Below are positions 1-9,305 of a stretch of DNA of 51,401 bases, piece after piece. The translations under genes and the position numbers were made by a program. The notes under the pieces were generated by a model. The model made no database searches. It had not been told where the DNA came from and saw nothing but the letters and a program-made list of their open reading frames with translations. The DNA is from Candidatus Pacearchaeota archaeon. Lineage in GTDB: Archaea; Nanobdellota; Nanobdellia; Pacearchaeales; GW2011-AR1. The DNA is taken from the NCBI GenBank assembly GCA_018303925.1, contig JAGVXF010000011.1, positions 10,563 through 61,963 of the forward strand, read 5' to 3'. Position 1 is the first letter of the stretch. Each line of letters opens with the position of its first letter.

Positions 1-149
1 TGCATTTCTTCAACGGGCTGTTCAATGCTAACGCCCCCACCAACAATTCTTATTTTATCCCCCAATTTTAATTTTCCTTCTAATTTTATTGCTGCTGCCC
101 CTACCTTGCTAAAATAGTTTGAAACCACTCCAATATGCTTTTCTTTCAT
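1..149 (-). CDS. Translation-factor beta-barrel-like small protein (EF-Tu domain 2 / U32 C-terminal-like), partial, runs off the left edge
   Basis: Manual translation from ATG at 149: MKEKHIGVVSNYFSKVGAAAIKLEGKLKLGDKIRIVGGGVSIEQPVEEMQ; G-x-V-x-x-YF-x-K-x-G and LKLGDKI pattern. Not in the ORF track. Confidence 0.65.
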   Translation of the reverse strand, partial: MKEKHIGVVSNYFSKVGAAAIKLEGKLKLGDKIRIVGGGVSIEQPVEEM

Positions 150-188
150 TAAAAATATAACATTCAAAATTATTTAAACTTAACGAAA

Positions 189-290
189 AATAGCCCCACT
201 CGAATCCAAGGGGTTCTTTCGTGCCTTACCCGGATCCTCAAAGAGGTTCTCGTGCCCTACCCGGATCCTCAAAGAGGTTCTCGTGCCCTA
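189..290. repeat. Tandem 31-bp repeats downstream of tRNA-Gln, resembling the tRNA 3' end
   Basis: TACCCGGATCCTCAAAGAGGTTCTCGTGCCC exact at 227-257 and 258-288; degenerate copy at about 197-226; AATAGCCCCAC at 189-199 repeats 318-328. Confidence 0.85.
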
Positions 291-319
291 TGGGTATCGA
301 ACCGTGTGGTTCGAATCAA

Positions 320-392
320 TAGCCCCACCCGGATTCGAACCGGGGTCACAGGCTTCAAAGGCCTGCATACTTGACCGCTGTACTATGGGGCT
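320..392 (-). tRNA. tRNA-Gln(TTG)
   Basis: Reverse complement AGCCCCATAGTACAGCGGTCAAGTATGCAGGC-CTTTGAA-GCCTGTGACCCCGGTTCGAATCCGGGTGGGGCTA folds as a cloverleaf; anticodon TTG; A1-T72 pair typical of archaeal tRNA-Gln; no encoded CCA. Confidence 0.95.
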
Positions 393-572
393 ATTAAGAT
401 TAATCTTTTAAGATTCGTTTCATTTTAAAATCTTCTTATTAAAAAGTACAAGATGTTTTATAAAGAAACAAACTTATCCAAAAGAAACAACATCCTGTTT
501 AACTTAAAAATCCTGACGAATCTGTTTCACTTGATAATTTTGATGAATTAATATAAAAGGAAATAAATAAGG

Positions 573-803
573 TTGTTTATGGAAAAAGCTACGTTGTTTT
601 GCCCGAGGGAAAAAGTTTTTTTCAAGGATCTTTTTGTTGAGAGGTATATACTTCCAACGCAAGAGTCTCACCTTTCAAAGATGGGAAAATTAAAAGTTAG
701 GATTTTGGAAGTAATTGGGGAAAAGGTTTTGGTTCTCCTGCCAAAATGGATGGCAAGAGGCAAAATGGATACAGCTTTGATTGACATTAAGTATCTTGAA
801 TAA
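573..803 (+). CDS. Hypothetical protein
   Basis: 76-aa ORF filling an intergenic gap; start may be the ATG at 579; no recognisable motif. Confidence 0.5.
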   Translation: MFMEKATLFCPREKVFFKDLFVERYILPTQESHLSKMGKLKVRILEVIGEKVLVLLPKWMARGKMDTALIDIKYLE

Positions 804-898
804 CACAAGAAAAAAATTGAGTAAATAAAGGTCAGGCTTTGTTAAGTCGTTAGTTTCCTTTTTTAACGAACCTTTTGATTTTTAGTTAAAAATTCCCT

Positions 899-1693
899 TC
901 AAAAAACAGAATGGTAGAATAACTCCCTATTCACATCCTGCCTTTTTGGGGATATGCTATGAAAGATTTCTTTAATTCTGAAAGGCTCATTGTATTTTTC
1001 ACCAACAAGACATGAAGCAAGTTTTTTATATTCAATACTGGCATCTGAGTTTGGCTTAAAATAAGTTGAAGGAATAAACTGGGCCTGCGCCCTTAAAACA
1101 TTCACGTCGTGAGGAATCATTGCAAGCACGGGAACTTCACTTGTTTTTTCTATATTCTCAATCGAGAGCTCAAAATTTTTTTTGTAAACTTTATTTATTA
1201 TGATTCCTGAAATAGGAGTCCCTCTTTTTTTTGCAATGGCAATTGCCTTTATGGTCATAGTTAAAGTAGGAATATCCGGGGTAGAAACAACAAAAAGTTC
1301 ATCCGAAGTTATCATTGTTGCAAGAGTCTCGTTGTTCAAAGAGGGGGATGAATCAATTAAAATAAAATCATACCTATGCTTTAATCTTCTGACTCTATCT
1401 TTTAGTTTTAAGGGATCAAATTGCTTTTTTGGATAAATTGAGGCAGGAATAATCTCAAAATCTTCATATTCATAAATTGCATCATGAATATCTACATCAT
1501 CAGTTAAAACATGGTGTATTGTTTTTTCAGGCTCAATTATATTTAAATGGGTCCCAAGATTTGGCGCTGAAAAGTTTGCATCAACTAACAAAACTTTTTT
1601 CCCTAACGATGCAAGTGCTGCGCCAAGAGAAATTGTGCTTGTGGTTTTGCCAACACCACCTTTAAGACTTAAAATTCCTATCACCTTCCCCAT
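899..1693 (-). CDS. minD: MinD/ParA family ATPase (archaeal MinD-like)
   Basis: Deviant Walker A KGGVGKTT, LLVDAN, FILIDSSP, GIIINK motifs. Confidence 0.85.
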   Translation of the reverse strand: MGKVIGILSLKGGVGKTTSTISLGAALASLGKKVLLVDANFSAPNLGTHLNIIEPEKTIHHVLTDDVDIHDAIYEYEDFEIIPASIYPKKQFDPLKLKDRVRRLKHRYDFILIDSSPSLNNETLATMITSDELFVVSTPDIPTLTMTIKAIAIAKKRGTPISGIIINKVYKKNFELSIENIEKTSEVPVLAMIPHDVNVLRAQAQFIPSTYFKPNSDASIEYKKLASCLVGEKYNEPFRIKEIFHSISPKRQDVNRELFYHSVF

Positions 1694-1811
1694 GCCTAAA
1701 AATAATGAAATATTGTTTAAATATGTTTTTAATTGATTCTTAGTTTATTTGGTCTTCTAAAAAAGAATTTGTAGATAATTTTATAAAGAAAATCATCAAT
1801 CTTGGGTTAGA

Positions 1812-1904
1812 GCCCGGGTAACTCAGCCTGGATAGAGTGCCAGCCTTCTATAATTTAATCTTGAAGTGAGCTGGAAGTCGCAGGTTCAAATCCTGTCTCG
1901 GGCG
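1812..1904 (+). tRNA. tRNA-Arg(TCT) with an 18-nt intron (1851-1868) at canonical position 37/38
   Basis: GCCCGGG/CTCGGGC acceptor stem, CCAGC/GCTGG anticodon stem, GGTTCAAATCC T-loop. The intron forms a bulge-helix-bulge: CTTC/GAAG helix with 3-nt bulges TAT and TGA. Confidence 0.93.
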
Positions 1905-1975
1905 TTTTTAAAGCACTTGTAATAATCAAAACTACCCTCTATAATTAAGGGAATTGCATATTCTGGATAAAAACC

Positions 1976-2881
1976 TCAAACCTCGGCTTTATCAAAATCT
2001 CTTGCTAAGGTCGTGTTCTTGAAAACTCCTTTTGCTTCTGCGAGAATTCCTTTCATATTTTTTAAATGTCTACTTCCGACATGCGTGAGGATTAACTTTT
2101 TTACTTTTCCCTTCTTTGCAACTTCTGCGGCCTGAGTTACAGTCATATGTAAATGCTCTTCTGCCTCTTTTTCAAGCTCTTTTGAATAAGTCCCTTCACA
2201 GATAAAAATGTCTGAATCTTTTACAAAAGGCAAAATTCTTTTGTTCAATTTTGTATCAAGAACAATTGAAATTTTTTTGCCGTCTTCCTTGTATATTAAA
2301 TCTTTTGATTTGAATTTTTTTCCGTTGTAAGTTATATCTTTACCTTCCTTTAATTTTTGCAAAAAAGGGCCTTCGGGCAACCCTGACTTTTTCAATTTAT
2401 CTTTATCAATTCTTTTACTCCCTTTTACCCCAAAAGAATAAGCAAGAGCAGGAATTCCATGCTCCATCTCTTCAGCTGAGATGAAGAAATTTTTCCTTTC
2501 ATAAAAAATTCCTGGCTTTATTTCTTCAACCTTAATTTCATAGGTTTTGTAAAAATTGAAAATCTCAAGCATCTTCTTTATTTTTTCATTAATTCCCTTT
2601 GGACCATAAATAAAAAGAGTTTTATTGTAACCACTAAAAGCAAGAGTTGACAAAATTCCGGGAAGGCCCAAAACATGGTCTCCGTGCCAGTGAGTTATCA
2701 AAATTTTTGTGATTTTGCACGGATTAAGTTCAGCTTTTCTAAACTGCCTCTGAGTTCCTTCCCCGCAGTCAATTAAAATATTTTCCTCGTTAAAATCGAG
2801 GAGAATTGAAGTGTGATTCCTTGCACGGCTGGGTATTTGGTCCCCCGTTCCAAGAAAAGTCAAATGCACTTTTGAAGTCAT
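1976..2881 (-). CDS. rnz: Ribonuclease Z
   Basis: FLGTG, DCGEGTQRQ, THWHGDH metallo-beta-lactamase motif, GP-rich flexible arm, HMT, LILTH. Confidence 0.95.
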   Translation of the reverse strand: MTSKVHLTFLGTGDQIPSRARNHTSILLDFNEENILIDCGEGTQRQFRKAELNPCKITKILITHWHGDHVLGLPGILSTLAFSGYNKTLFIYGPKGINEKIKKMLEIFNFYKTYEIKVEEIKPGIFYERKNFFISAEEMEHGIPALAYSFGVKGSKRIDKDKLKKSGLPEGPFLQKLKEGKDITYNGKKFKSKDLIYKEDGKKISIVLDTKLNKRILPFVKDSDIFICEGTYSKELEKEAEEHLHMTVTQAAEVAKKGKVKKLILTHVGSRHLKNMKGILAEAKGVFKNTTLARDFDKAEV

Positions 2882-2934
2882 AATTAATACAAGAAGGTGG
2901 GGTTTTAATAATTAGTGATTCAAAGAATGAGTTC

Positions 2935-3102
2935 TTAAGGCAGTTTGTTGAAAAAGTTTATTAGATATAAGGCTATTGAAAGTATAATCACAAGCCCTCC
3001 CGCAATAAAAGTGATGCCAAAAAAATCAAAATTGTCTTTAAAGTAAGAAATAATCAGCAAAAGAAGCGCTAAAGCAAGAAAAACTTCCCTTAATTCAATC
3101 AT
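2935..3102 (-). CDS. Small two-TM membrane protein
   Basis: Two hydrophobic stretches; ATG at 3102 directly preceded by AGGTG. Confidence 0.5.
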   Translation of the reverse strand: MIELREVFLALALLLLIISYFKDNFDFFGITFIAGGLVIILSIALYLINFFNKLP

Positions 3103-3228
3103 CACCTTTAAAGTTCCCATTGGAAAAATTAGGGAAGGCAAGTTTAAATAATTTGCCAAAAGCTCCCGCTAATATTAAGTTTTTTAAGAATTCTACCCTC
3201 AGCGAAAAATACGAGGATGAACGCTCAC

Positions 3229-3474
3229 TTACTTAAGTGCAGTTGAAGCAGGAGAAATATAGATAATAGTGTCCCCACGAAGAAAAGCCAATCCAAGACT
3301 TTTTTTGTGGACTCCATTTTCCATTTCTTTCACATTATCCATCACCAGATTGATGTGGATGTCAAAAGCTAAAAGAGTTCCAACGAACTCCTTGTCGCCC
3401 TTCAACCGGACTAAGACTTCTTTACCTTTGGACGTGTTTAACAAATCCAACGGTCTCTCAATTCCGTTAACCAT
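3229..3474 (-). CDS. Sm-like (Lsm/SmAP) RNA-binding protein
   Basis: ERPLDLL, G-x-L-x-AFD-x-H-x-NLV (Sm1) and LRGD (Sm2). Confidence 0.93.
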   Translation of the reverse strand: MVNGIERPLDLLNTSKGKEVLVRLKGDKEFVGTLLAFDIHINLVMDNVKEMENGVHKKSLGLAFLRGDTIIYISPASTALK

Positions 3475-3791
3475 ATCCTATACGTGGCAAGTTCGTTTAT
3501 AAATTTTTTTATATTTAAAAAACTAAATTTTTTGTTCATTTTTTCCAAAATCAATTTAATTTTTCCATATTCCTTCGAGAAAAAATTTTTTGAAAAAGGT
3601 CAATCTAAAAAAATTTAAATATACTGTTCAAATTATATATTGCAAATGATTTAACCTAAGAGAAAATTCTGCATTAACTCTTTACTTATTATGAAAACTT
3701 ATCCTTCATGTAAAAATTCAAAGCGGACATGAGAATAATTTAGAAGACAGGAAAGTTTATAAACAAAAAATGGAAAAAAGATATATAGAAA

Positions 3792-4151
3792 ATGAAAGCA
3801 GGAAAAAAGTTAACAGGTGGAAAGTATGTTAAACAAAGAAAGAAAAAGAAGTATGAAAGAACCGGGCAAAAAAGAAATGTCAAGCTTGGGGAAGAAAAAA
3901 GAAAAAAAGTGAGGACTGCCGGCGGCGGAAAAAAAGTTTTTCTCCTGAGGGGAAACACAATCAATGTCCAAATTAAAGATAAAAAACAAAAACTGGTCAT
4001 AAAAAACGTTTTGGAAACCCCATCAAACAGATTCCTTGCAAGGCAGAACATAATTACAAAAGGAACAATTGTTCAGACAGACGCAGGAAAAGTGAAAGTC
4101 ACAAACAGACCGACTCAGGAAGGAAACATTAACGGGATTTTGATTGAGTGA
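3792..4151 (+). CDS. rps8e: 30S ribosomal protein S8e
   Basis: TGGK..RKKKKYE, RTAGGGKK, IITKGTIV, VTNRPTQEGNING. Confidence 0.95.
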   Translation: MKAGKKLTGGKYVKQRKKKKYERTGQKRNVKLGEEKRKKVRTAGGGKKVFLLRGNTINVQIKDKKQKLVIKNVLETPSNRFLARQNIITKGTIVQTDAGKVKVTNRPTQEGNINGILIE

Positions 4152-4230
4152 ATTTTAAATCCCCAAAAAATTCTTCAATAATTTTAAAGCTCACGAAAAG
4201 GTTTTTAAACCATTTCCTAATAAATCTAAT

Positions 4231-4539
4231 ATGGCAAAGGTAAGAATCAAATTAAATTCGACTGATATTGGTATGCTCAACGAAATTTGCAACTCTATTA
4301 AAAATCTTTCTCAAAACTCAGGAATTACAATTTCTGGACCCGTTCCTCTTCCAACAAAAAAGCTTAGAGTAACAACGAGAAAATCCCCATGCGGAGACGG
4401 AACCGCCACCTTTGACAGGTTTGAAATGAGAATACACAAAAGATTAATTGACCTTCCTGCAAACGAAAAAGTTCTTCATCACATCATGAGGATGAAAGTT
4501 CCAAAATCGGTCAACATAAAAATAGAGATGAAGGACTAA
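4231..4539 (+). CDS. rpsJ: 30S ribosomal protein S10 (uS10)
   Basis: SGPVPLPTK, RKSPCGDG, FEMRIHKRLID. Confidence 0.97.
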   Translation: MAKVRIKLNSTDIGMLNEICNSIKNLSQNSGITISGPVPLPTKKLRVTTRKSPCGDGTATFDRFEMRIHKRLIDLPANEKVLHHIMRMKVPKSVNIKIEMKD

Positions 4540-4958
4540 AATTCGCTGAATATTTCTTCAACCGGAATCAGTTTTTTAATCAGGCCTTCTTTGTCTTCCA
4601 ACCAGGAACAGTTTTTCCTGATAAAATATCTTTCACATTCGACTTCTTTGAGGCACATTTCTTCGTAAGTCACTTTCGAAACAATTTTGAATTTTGGAAC
4701 CCCAAAAAGTTCATTTAAACAACTTGTAAGTTTCAGGGTATTTTCATAAGTTCTTCCGGCATAACCGTCGCAACCGCTTGGATATGTTTTGCAAAAAAAA
4801 GAGCCGATTTTAACCTTTTTTGGATTTTTGTAATTTGAAATGTCTAACTTTGAAATCTTGATTTTGGAGTACTCTTTTTTGCCAAAAGAAAAATTAAAAA
4901 CTTTTTTAAATTCAAGAGTCCCAAGTATCCCTTCAAGTTTTTCTCCGTTAAGACCCAT
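4536..4958 (-). CDS. Hypothetical protein
   Basis: 140-aa ATG-initiated ORF abutting the rpsJ stop; no motif. Confidence 0.6.
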   Translation of the reverse strand: MGLNGEKLEGILGTLEFKKVFNFSFGKKEYSKIKISKLDISNYKNPKKVKIGSFFCKTYPSGCDGYAGRTYENTLKLTSCLNELFGVPKFKIVSKVTYEEMCLKEVECERYFIRKNCSWLEDKEGLIKKLIPVEEIFSEF

Positions 4959-5060
4959 AAAATTATGGGGTCTTTTTCTTTATAAGGATTGTTCTTTTTA
5001 GAAATTTATATTTGCCTCGAGTATAAAAAAATTTATAACCCTCTTTTTCGTAGGAAAAAT

Positions 5061-5492
5061 ATGGGAGAGTTAAGGGGGGCTGAAATTGGAAAAAACCTTG
5101 AAAAGGTGATTTTTGATTTAAAAGAAAATGAAGAAGGATGGACGTCTCCTGAAGCCCTTGAGATGCATCATGAATATCCCCATTTTCTTTTTTTAGATCA
5201 GCCAGTTTCAAAAGAATATGACGAAAAATATGAAAAAACTCTTTATGTTATAAGAATCGGCCCGGGAAAGAATGATTTTTATGTAGACTTTAATAAATCA
5301 AAAGATTATATATGGAAGAGGATATTTCTTGAGGAAGATGATTTCGAAGACGCCTTGTATGAACCCTCGATTGCCGTTATTGAATATGAAAAACCAAAAA
5401 CACTCAAAGACCAGATCGATGAAGCGGAAGAAAATCAGGACTATGAACTCGCTGCAAAATTAAAGGATAAAATAAAAAAAGAAAGCCAATAA
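5061..5492 (+). CDS. Hypothetical protein with C-terminal UVR (UvrB/UvrC) coiled-coil motif
   Basis: C-terminal LKDQIDEAEENQDYELAAKLKDKIK matches the UVR motif; ATG 5061 chosen. Confidence 0.7.
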   Translation: MGELRGAEIGKNLEKVIFDLKENEEGWTSPEALEMHHEYPHFLFLDQPVSKEYDEKYEKTLYVIRIGPGKNDFYVDFNKSKDYIWKRIFLEEDDFEDALYEPSIAVIEYEKPKTLKDQIDEAEENQDYELAAKLKDKIKKESQ

Positions 5493-5543
5493 TTATGGAA
5501 AAACCCTTATAAATCGCATTTGCTTTTTTTATTTGAGGTGAAA

Positions 5544-7940
5544 ATGAAAAATCGCGGGATTGCTTTTGTTTTAAGTTTTAAAGAGATATCTATAAAAGAT
5601 ATTCCGCTTGTGGGGGGAAAAAATGCCTCGCTTGGGGAAATGTACAGGAATCTTTCAAAAAAAGGGGTTGACATTCCAAACGGATTTGCGGTTACGTCTC
5701 ACGCTTACAACTATTTTCTTGACAAAACTGGGCTTCGCGCAAAAATAAAAAAAATTTTATCAACGCTTAATACCAGAAACATAAAAAATCTTAGAGCCCA
5801 TGGAAAAAAAATACGTGGAGAAATACTTAAAGCAAAACTTCCTGAAGATCTCGGAAAAGAAATAATAAAATATTACAAAAAATTATCTTTTGAGTATCAT
5901 GATAAAAATACCGACGTTGCTGTCCGCTCTTCGGCGACTGCAGAGGACCTACCCGACGCATCTTTCGCAGGGCAACAGGACACTTATTTAAATGTTCGCG
6001 GTGAAGAAAAAGTTTTAAAGTCATGTATAAAATCATTTGCTTCACTTTTTACAAACAGGGCAATTTCATACCGTGAAGACAAAGGATTCAGCCATTTTGA
6101 CATTGCACTTTCAATTGGTGTGCAAAAAATGGTAAGAAGCGACCTAGCTTCATCAGGAATTATGTTTTCACTTGACACAGAATCCGGGTTTAAGGATGTT
6201 GTTTACATAACCTCAATTTACGGGCTTGGAGAAAATATAGTCCAGGGTGCTGTGAATCCCGACGAGTTTTATGTTCATAAGCCAACCTTAAAAAAAGGAT
6301 TCAGACCAATCATCTCCAAAAAATCAGGAAACAAAAAAATAAAGATGATTTATTCAAAAGACAAAAAAAACCCGACTAAAAATGTTTCCGTTTCCCCTGA
6401 AAACCAAAAAAAGTTTTCAATAAATGATGAAGAAATATTGAAACTTGCAAGATTGGCGGTTTTAATTGAAGAACACTACAAAAAACCAATGGATATTGAA
6501 TGGGCTAAGGATGGAAAACTCGGCAGACTTTTTATTGTTCAGGCAAGACCAGAAACAGTTCAGAGTAGGAAAGACACAAATAACTTTGAAGAATATGTAC
6601 TGATAGAAAAGGGAAAAGTTTTGGTTGAAGGAAAAAGTGTTGGTTCAAGGATAGGAACTGGAAAAGTAAAAGTGATAAAAGATGCCTCGGGAATAAACTC
6701 ATTTAAGAAAGGTGAAGTTCTTGTGACTGAAATGACTGACCCTGACTGGGAGCCTATAATGAAAATCGCTTCTGCGATTGTAACGGATAAAGGCGGGAGA
6801 ACTTCTCATGCAGCAATAATCTCAAGAGAATTTAAAATTCCTGCCGTGGTTGGAACAAATAATTCAACAAAGGTTTTAAAAACTGGGAAAGAGGTGACTG
6901 TCAGTTGCGCCCAAGGCGAAACAGGCTACGTTTATAATGGTAAACTTAAATATGAAATAAAAGAGCACAATCTGAAAAAAATTCCGAAAACAAAAACAAA
7001 AATTATGGTTATTGCGGGAACCCCTGAAGAAGCCTTTGAACAAAGTTTTATCCCAAATGACGGAGTGGGGCTTGCAAGAGAGGAGTTTATCATAAGTTCT
7101 TACATAAAAATACACCCTAACGCATTAATTAATTTTGAAAAGCTAAAAGACAAAAAGATAAAGGAAAAAATAAAAAAACTTACTTATGGCTACAAGGACA
7201 AAAAGCAATTTTATATTGATAAACTTGCAGAAGGAATTGGAACAATTGCCGCCGCATTTTACCCAAAAGATGTAATTGTCAGAACTTCTGATTTTAAGAC
7301 AAATGAATACAGAAACCTGATTGGAGGGGAACTTTATGAACCTGAAGAAGAGAATCCTATGCTTGGATTTAGGGGGGCAAGCAGGTATTACAATAAAAAA
7401 TTTATTGGGGCATTTAAACTTGAATGCAGATCCCTTAAAAAAGTCAGGGATGAATACGGATTAAAAAATGTAAAAATTATGATTCCATTTTGCAGGACTG
7501 TCAAAGAAGGGAAAAAAGTTGAAGAAATAATGGAAAAAGAAGGGCTTAAAAGAGGAAAAGACGGGCTTGAGATATATGTTATGTGCGAAATTCCTTCAAA
7601 TATTTTAATCGAGGACGAATTTTCAAAAATTTTTGATGGGTTTTCAATAGGCTCAAATGACCTTACACAATTAACTCTTGGACTTGACAGAGATTCTGAG
7701 ATTGTTGCAGGAGTTTCTAATGAGAAGGATAAAGCGGTTGAAAAATTTATTTCAGAAGTAATAAAAAAAGCCAAGAAAAGCAAAAGGAAAATAGGAATAT
7801 GCGGTCAGGGTCCCTCAGACTTTCCGGAATTTGCACAATTTTTGGTTAAAGAAGGAATTGATTCAATTTCGCTCAATCCAGATTCAATAATAAAAACAAC
7901 CTTAAAAATTGCTGAAGCTGAAAAAAAATTCAGAAGGTAA
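5544..7940 (+). CDS. ppsA: Phosphoenolpyruvate synthase (pyruvate,water dikinase)
   Basis: VGGKNASLGEM, AVRSSATAEDLPDASFAGQQDT, phospho-His GGRTSHAAI, FSIGSNDLTQ; GAGGTG SD before ATG 5544. Confidence 0.97.
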   Translation: MKNRGIAFVLSFKEISIKDIPLVGGKNASLGEMYRNLSKKGVDIPNGFAVTSHAYNYFLDKTGLRAKIKKILSTLNTRNIKNLRAHGKKIRGEILKAKLPEDLGKEIIKYYKKLSFEYHDKNTDVAVRSSATAEDLPDASFAGQQDTYLNVRGEEKVLKSCIKSFASLFTNRAISYREDKGFSHFDIALSIGVQKMVRSDLASSGIMFSLDTESGFKDVVYITSIYGLGENIVQGAVNPDEFYVHKPTLKKGFRPIISKKSGNKKIKMIYSKDKKNPTKNVSVSPENQKKFSINDEEILKLARLAVLIEEHYKKPMDIEWAKDGKLGRLFIVQARPETVQSRKDTNNFEEYVLIEKGKVLVEGKSVGSRIGTGKVKVIKDASGINSFKKGEVLVTEMTDPDWEPIMKIASAIVTDKGGRTSHAAIISREFKIPAVVGTNNSTKVLKTGKEVTVSCAQGETGYVYNGKLKYEIKEHNLKKIPKTKTKIMVIAGTPEEAFEQSFIPNDGVGLAREEFIISSYIKIHPNALINFEKLKDKKIKEKIKKLTYGYKDKKQFYIDKLAEGIGTIAAAFYPKDVIVRTSDFKTNEYRNLIGGELYEPEEENPMLGFRGASRYYNKKFIGAFKLECRSLKKVRDEYGLKNVKIMIPFCRTVKEGKKVEEIMEKEGLKRGKDGLEIYVMCEIPSNILIEDEFSKIFDGFSIGSNDLTQLTLGLDRDSEIVAGVSNEKDKAVEKFISEVIKKAKKSKRKIGICGQGPSDFPEFAQFLVKEGIDSISLNPDSIIKTTLKIAEAEKKFRR

Positions 7941-7941
7941 T

Positions 7942-8277
7942 TTAATTGTTTTCTATATCATATAAACTAATTACATTAAAATAATACACCGTCCCTCCGA
8001 CATAACCCTCTTGGTCGTTTCCATCCAAATTAGAATTATAATTTTGGACAAGCCTTATTTTTTCTTCATCAATTTCGACCATATGCCCTCCCGCTCTAAT
8101 TGAACCAGAATTTCTAGCGTTTTCTGTGCCTTCTTTAAGTTGATAAATAGAAGTATTAAAAGGCACTTCGTTAGATTCGACCATTGAAACCTTAAACTCA
8201 GAATTCTTTTTTAAAACCAACTTGACTAAAGAACCCTTAACAAGCCCTTTACTTTCCATATCCTCTTTTAGACCCAT
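7942..8277 (-). CDS. Hypothetical protein
   Basis: About 111-aa ORF convergent with ppsA; no motif. Confidence 0.55.
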   Translation of the reverse strand: MGLKEDMESKGLVKGSLVKLVLKKNSEFKVSMVESNEVPFNTSIYQLKEGTENARNSGSIRAGGHMVEIDEEKIRLVQNYNSNLDGNDQEGYVGGTVYYFNVISLYDIENN

Positions 8278-8334
8278 GAGAAAATGGGACAATTTAAACT
8301 TATAAAGATTATTATCTTACAAAATACAAATCAG

Positions 8335-8895
8335 ATGAAATCGGAATTCAAAATAAAAAAGAAAACAGCAATATTTATAATAACAATTTTATTTTTAGCC
8401 CTAATTGCGGGGTTTTTACTAACACAAAATAAAATGACGCGCGTTAAGCTTGAAACAAACTATGGAAACATTACAATTAATCTGTATTCAGATATGCCTT
8501 TAACGACCGGAAATTTTGTTAATTTAACCAAAAAGGGGGTTTATGATGGAGTCATTTTTCACAGAATTATTGAAGGATTTATGATTCAGGGAGGGGACCC
8601 GACCGGAACCGGATACGGGGACTCAAATATTCCTGAAATTAAGGATGAGTTCACACATGCAGGAGGAAATAAAAATAACAGAGGAACAATTTCAATGGCA
8701 AACGCAGGACCAGACACAGGCTCTTCACAATTTTTCATAAACCTTGCTGATAACAATTTTCTTGATTCAAAGCACCCTGCTTTTGGAAAAGTGGTTGAAG
8801 GAATGGAGATAGTTGACAAAATTGCAAAGGTTAAAACAGACGCAAATAATAGACCTATCCAAGAAGTTGTTATAATTAAAGCGGAATTGATATAA
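8335..8895 (+). CDS. Cyclophilin-type peptidyl-prolyl isomerase with N-terminal membrane anchor
   Basis: FHRIIEGFMIQGGDPTGTG, ISMANAGPDTGSSQFFIN, FGKVVEGM; N-terminal hydrophobic helix. Confidence 0.95.
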   Translation: MKSEFKIKKKTAIFIITILFLALIAGFLLTQNKMTRVKLETNYGNITINLYSDMPLTTGNFVNLTKKGVYDGVIFHRIIEGFMIQGGDPTGTGYGDSNIPEIKDEFTHAGGNKNNRGTISMANAGPDTGSSQFFINLADNNFLDSKHPAFGKVVEGMEIVDKIAKVKTDANNRPIQEVVIIKAELI

Positions 8896-8913
8896 AAATT
8901 AAATATTTTAAAA

Positions 8914-9297
8914 ATGAAAATTAAATATTTCAAGAATTACGAAAATTTACATGATTGCTATGTTGGCGAGAAAGATGGCAAATTTGATTATTACAATATA
9001 GTTTCAATAAGCAAAGACCATTTCTTTTTATTCGCAAATGATGAAAGTTCAAGCTTTCGTGACGGAAGATTTGACGGCTTTTATCGGTTTATGAATATCA
9101 GCAAAAACGATTTTGAATCTTTAAAAGAAGCGGCAAAGAGTAGGGACAGAGGAAGAGGGATTGGTTTGATTAAAAAAATTCACAAAAACAACTCAGATAA
9201 TAATCCACATGCAGCCAGCATAGAAGGAAGTCCAGAAAATTTTGATTTAAATAAAACTTTTGATTGTTATAGAAAGGCCAATCCAATCTTGGAATAG
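8914..9297 (+). CDS. Hypothetical protein
   Basis: 127-aa ORF, no motif. Confidence 0.55.
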   Translation: MKIKYFKNYENLHDCYVGEKDGKFDYYNIVSISKDHFFLFANDESSSFRDGRFDGFYRFMNISKNDFESLKEAAKSRDRGRGIGLIKKIHKNNSDNNPHAASIEGSPENFDLNKTFDCYRKANPILE

Positions 9298-9305
9298 ATT
9301 TATTT

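Noticed and set aside
197-290. Possible CRISPR array
   Set aside because: The repeats are contiguous with no unique spacers, and there are no cas genes in the window.
3475-3791. Long intergenic gap next to rps8e as a possible SRP or other ncRNA
   Set aside because: Very AT-rich with no SRP helix-8 motif or convincing stems; best explained as divergent promoters.
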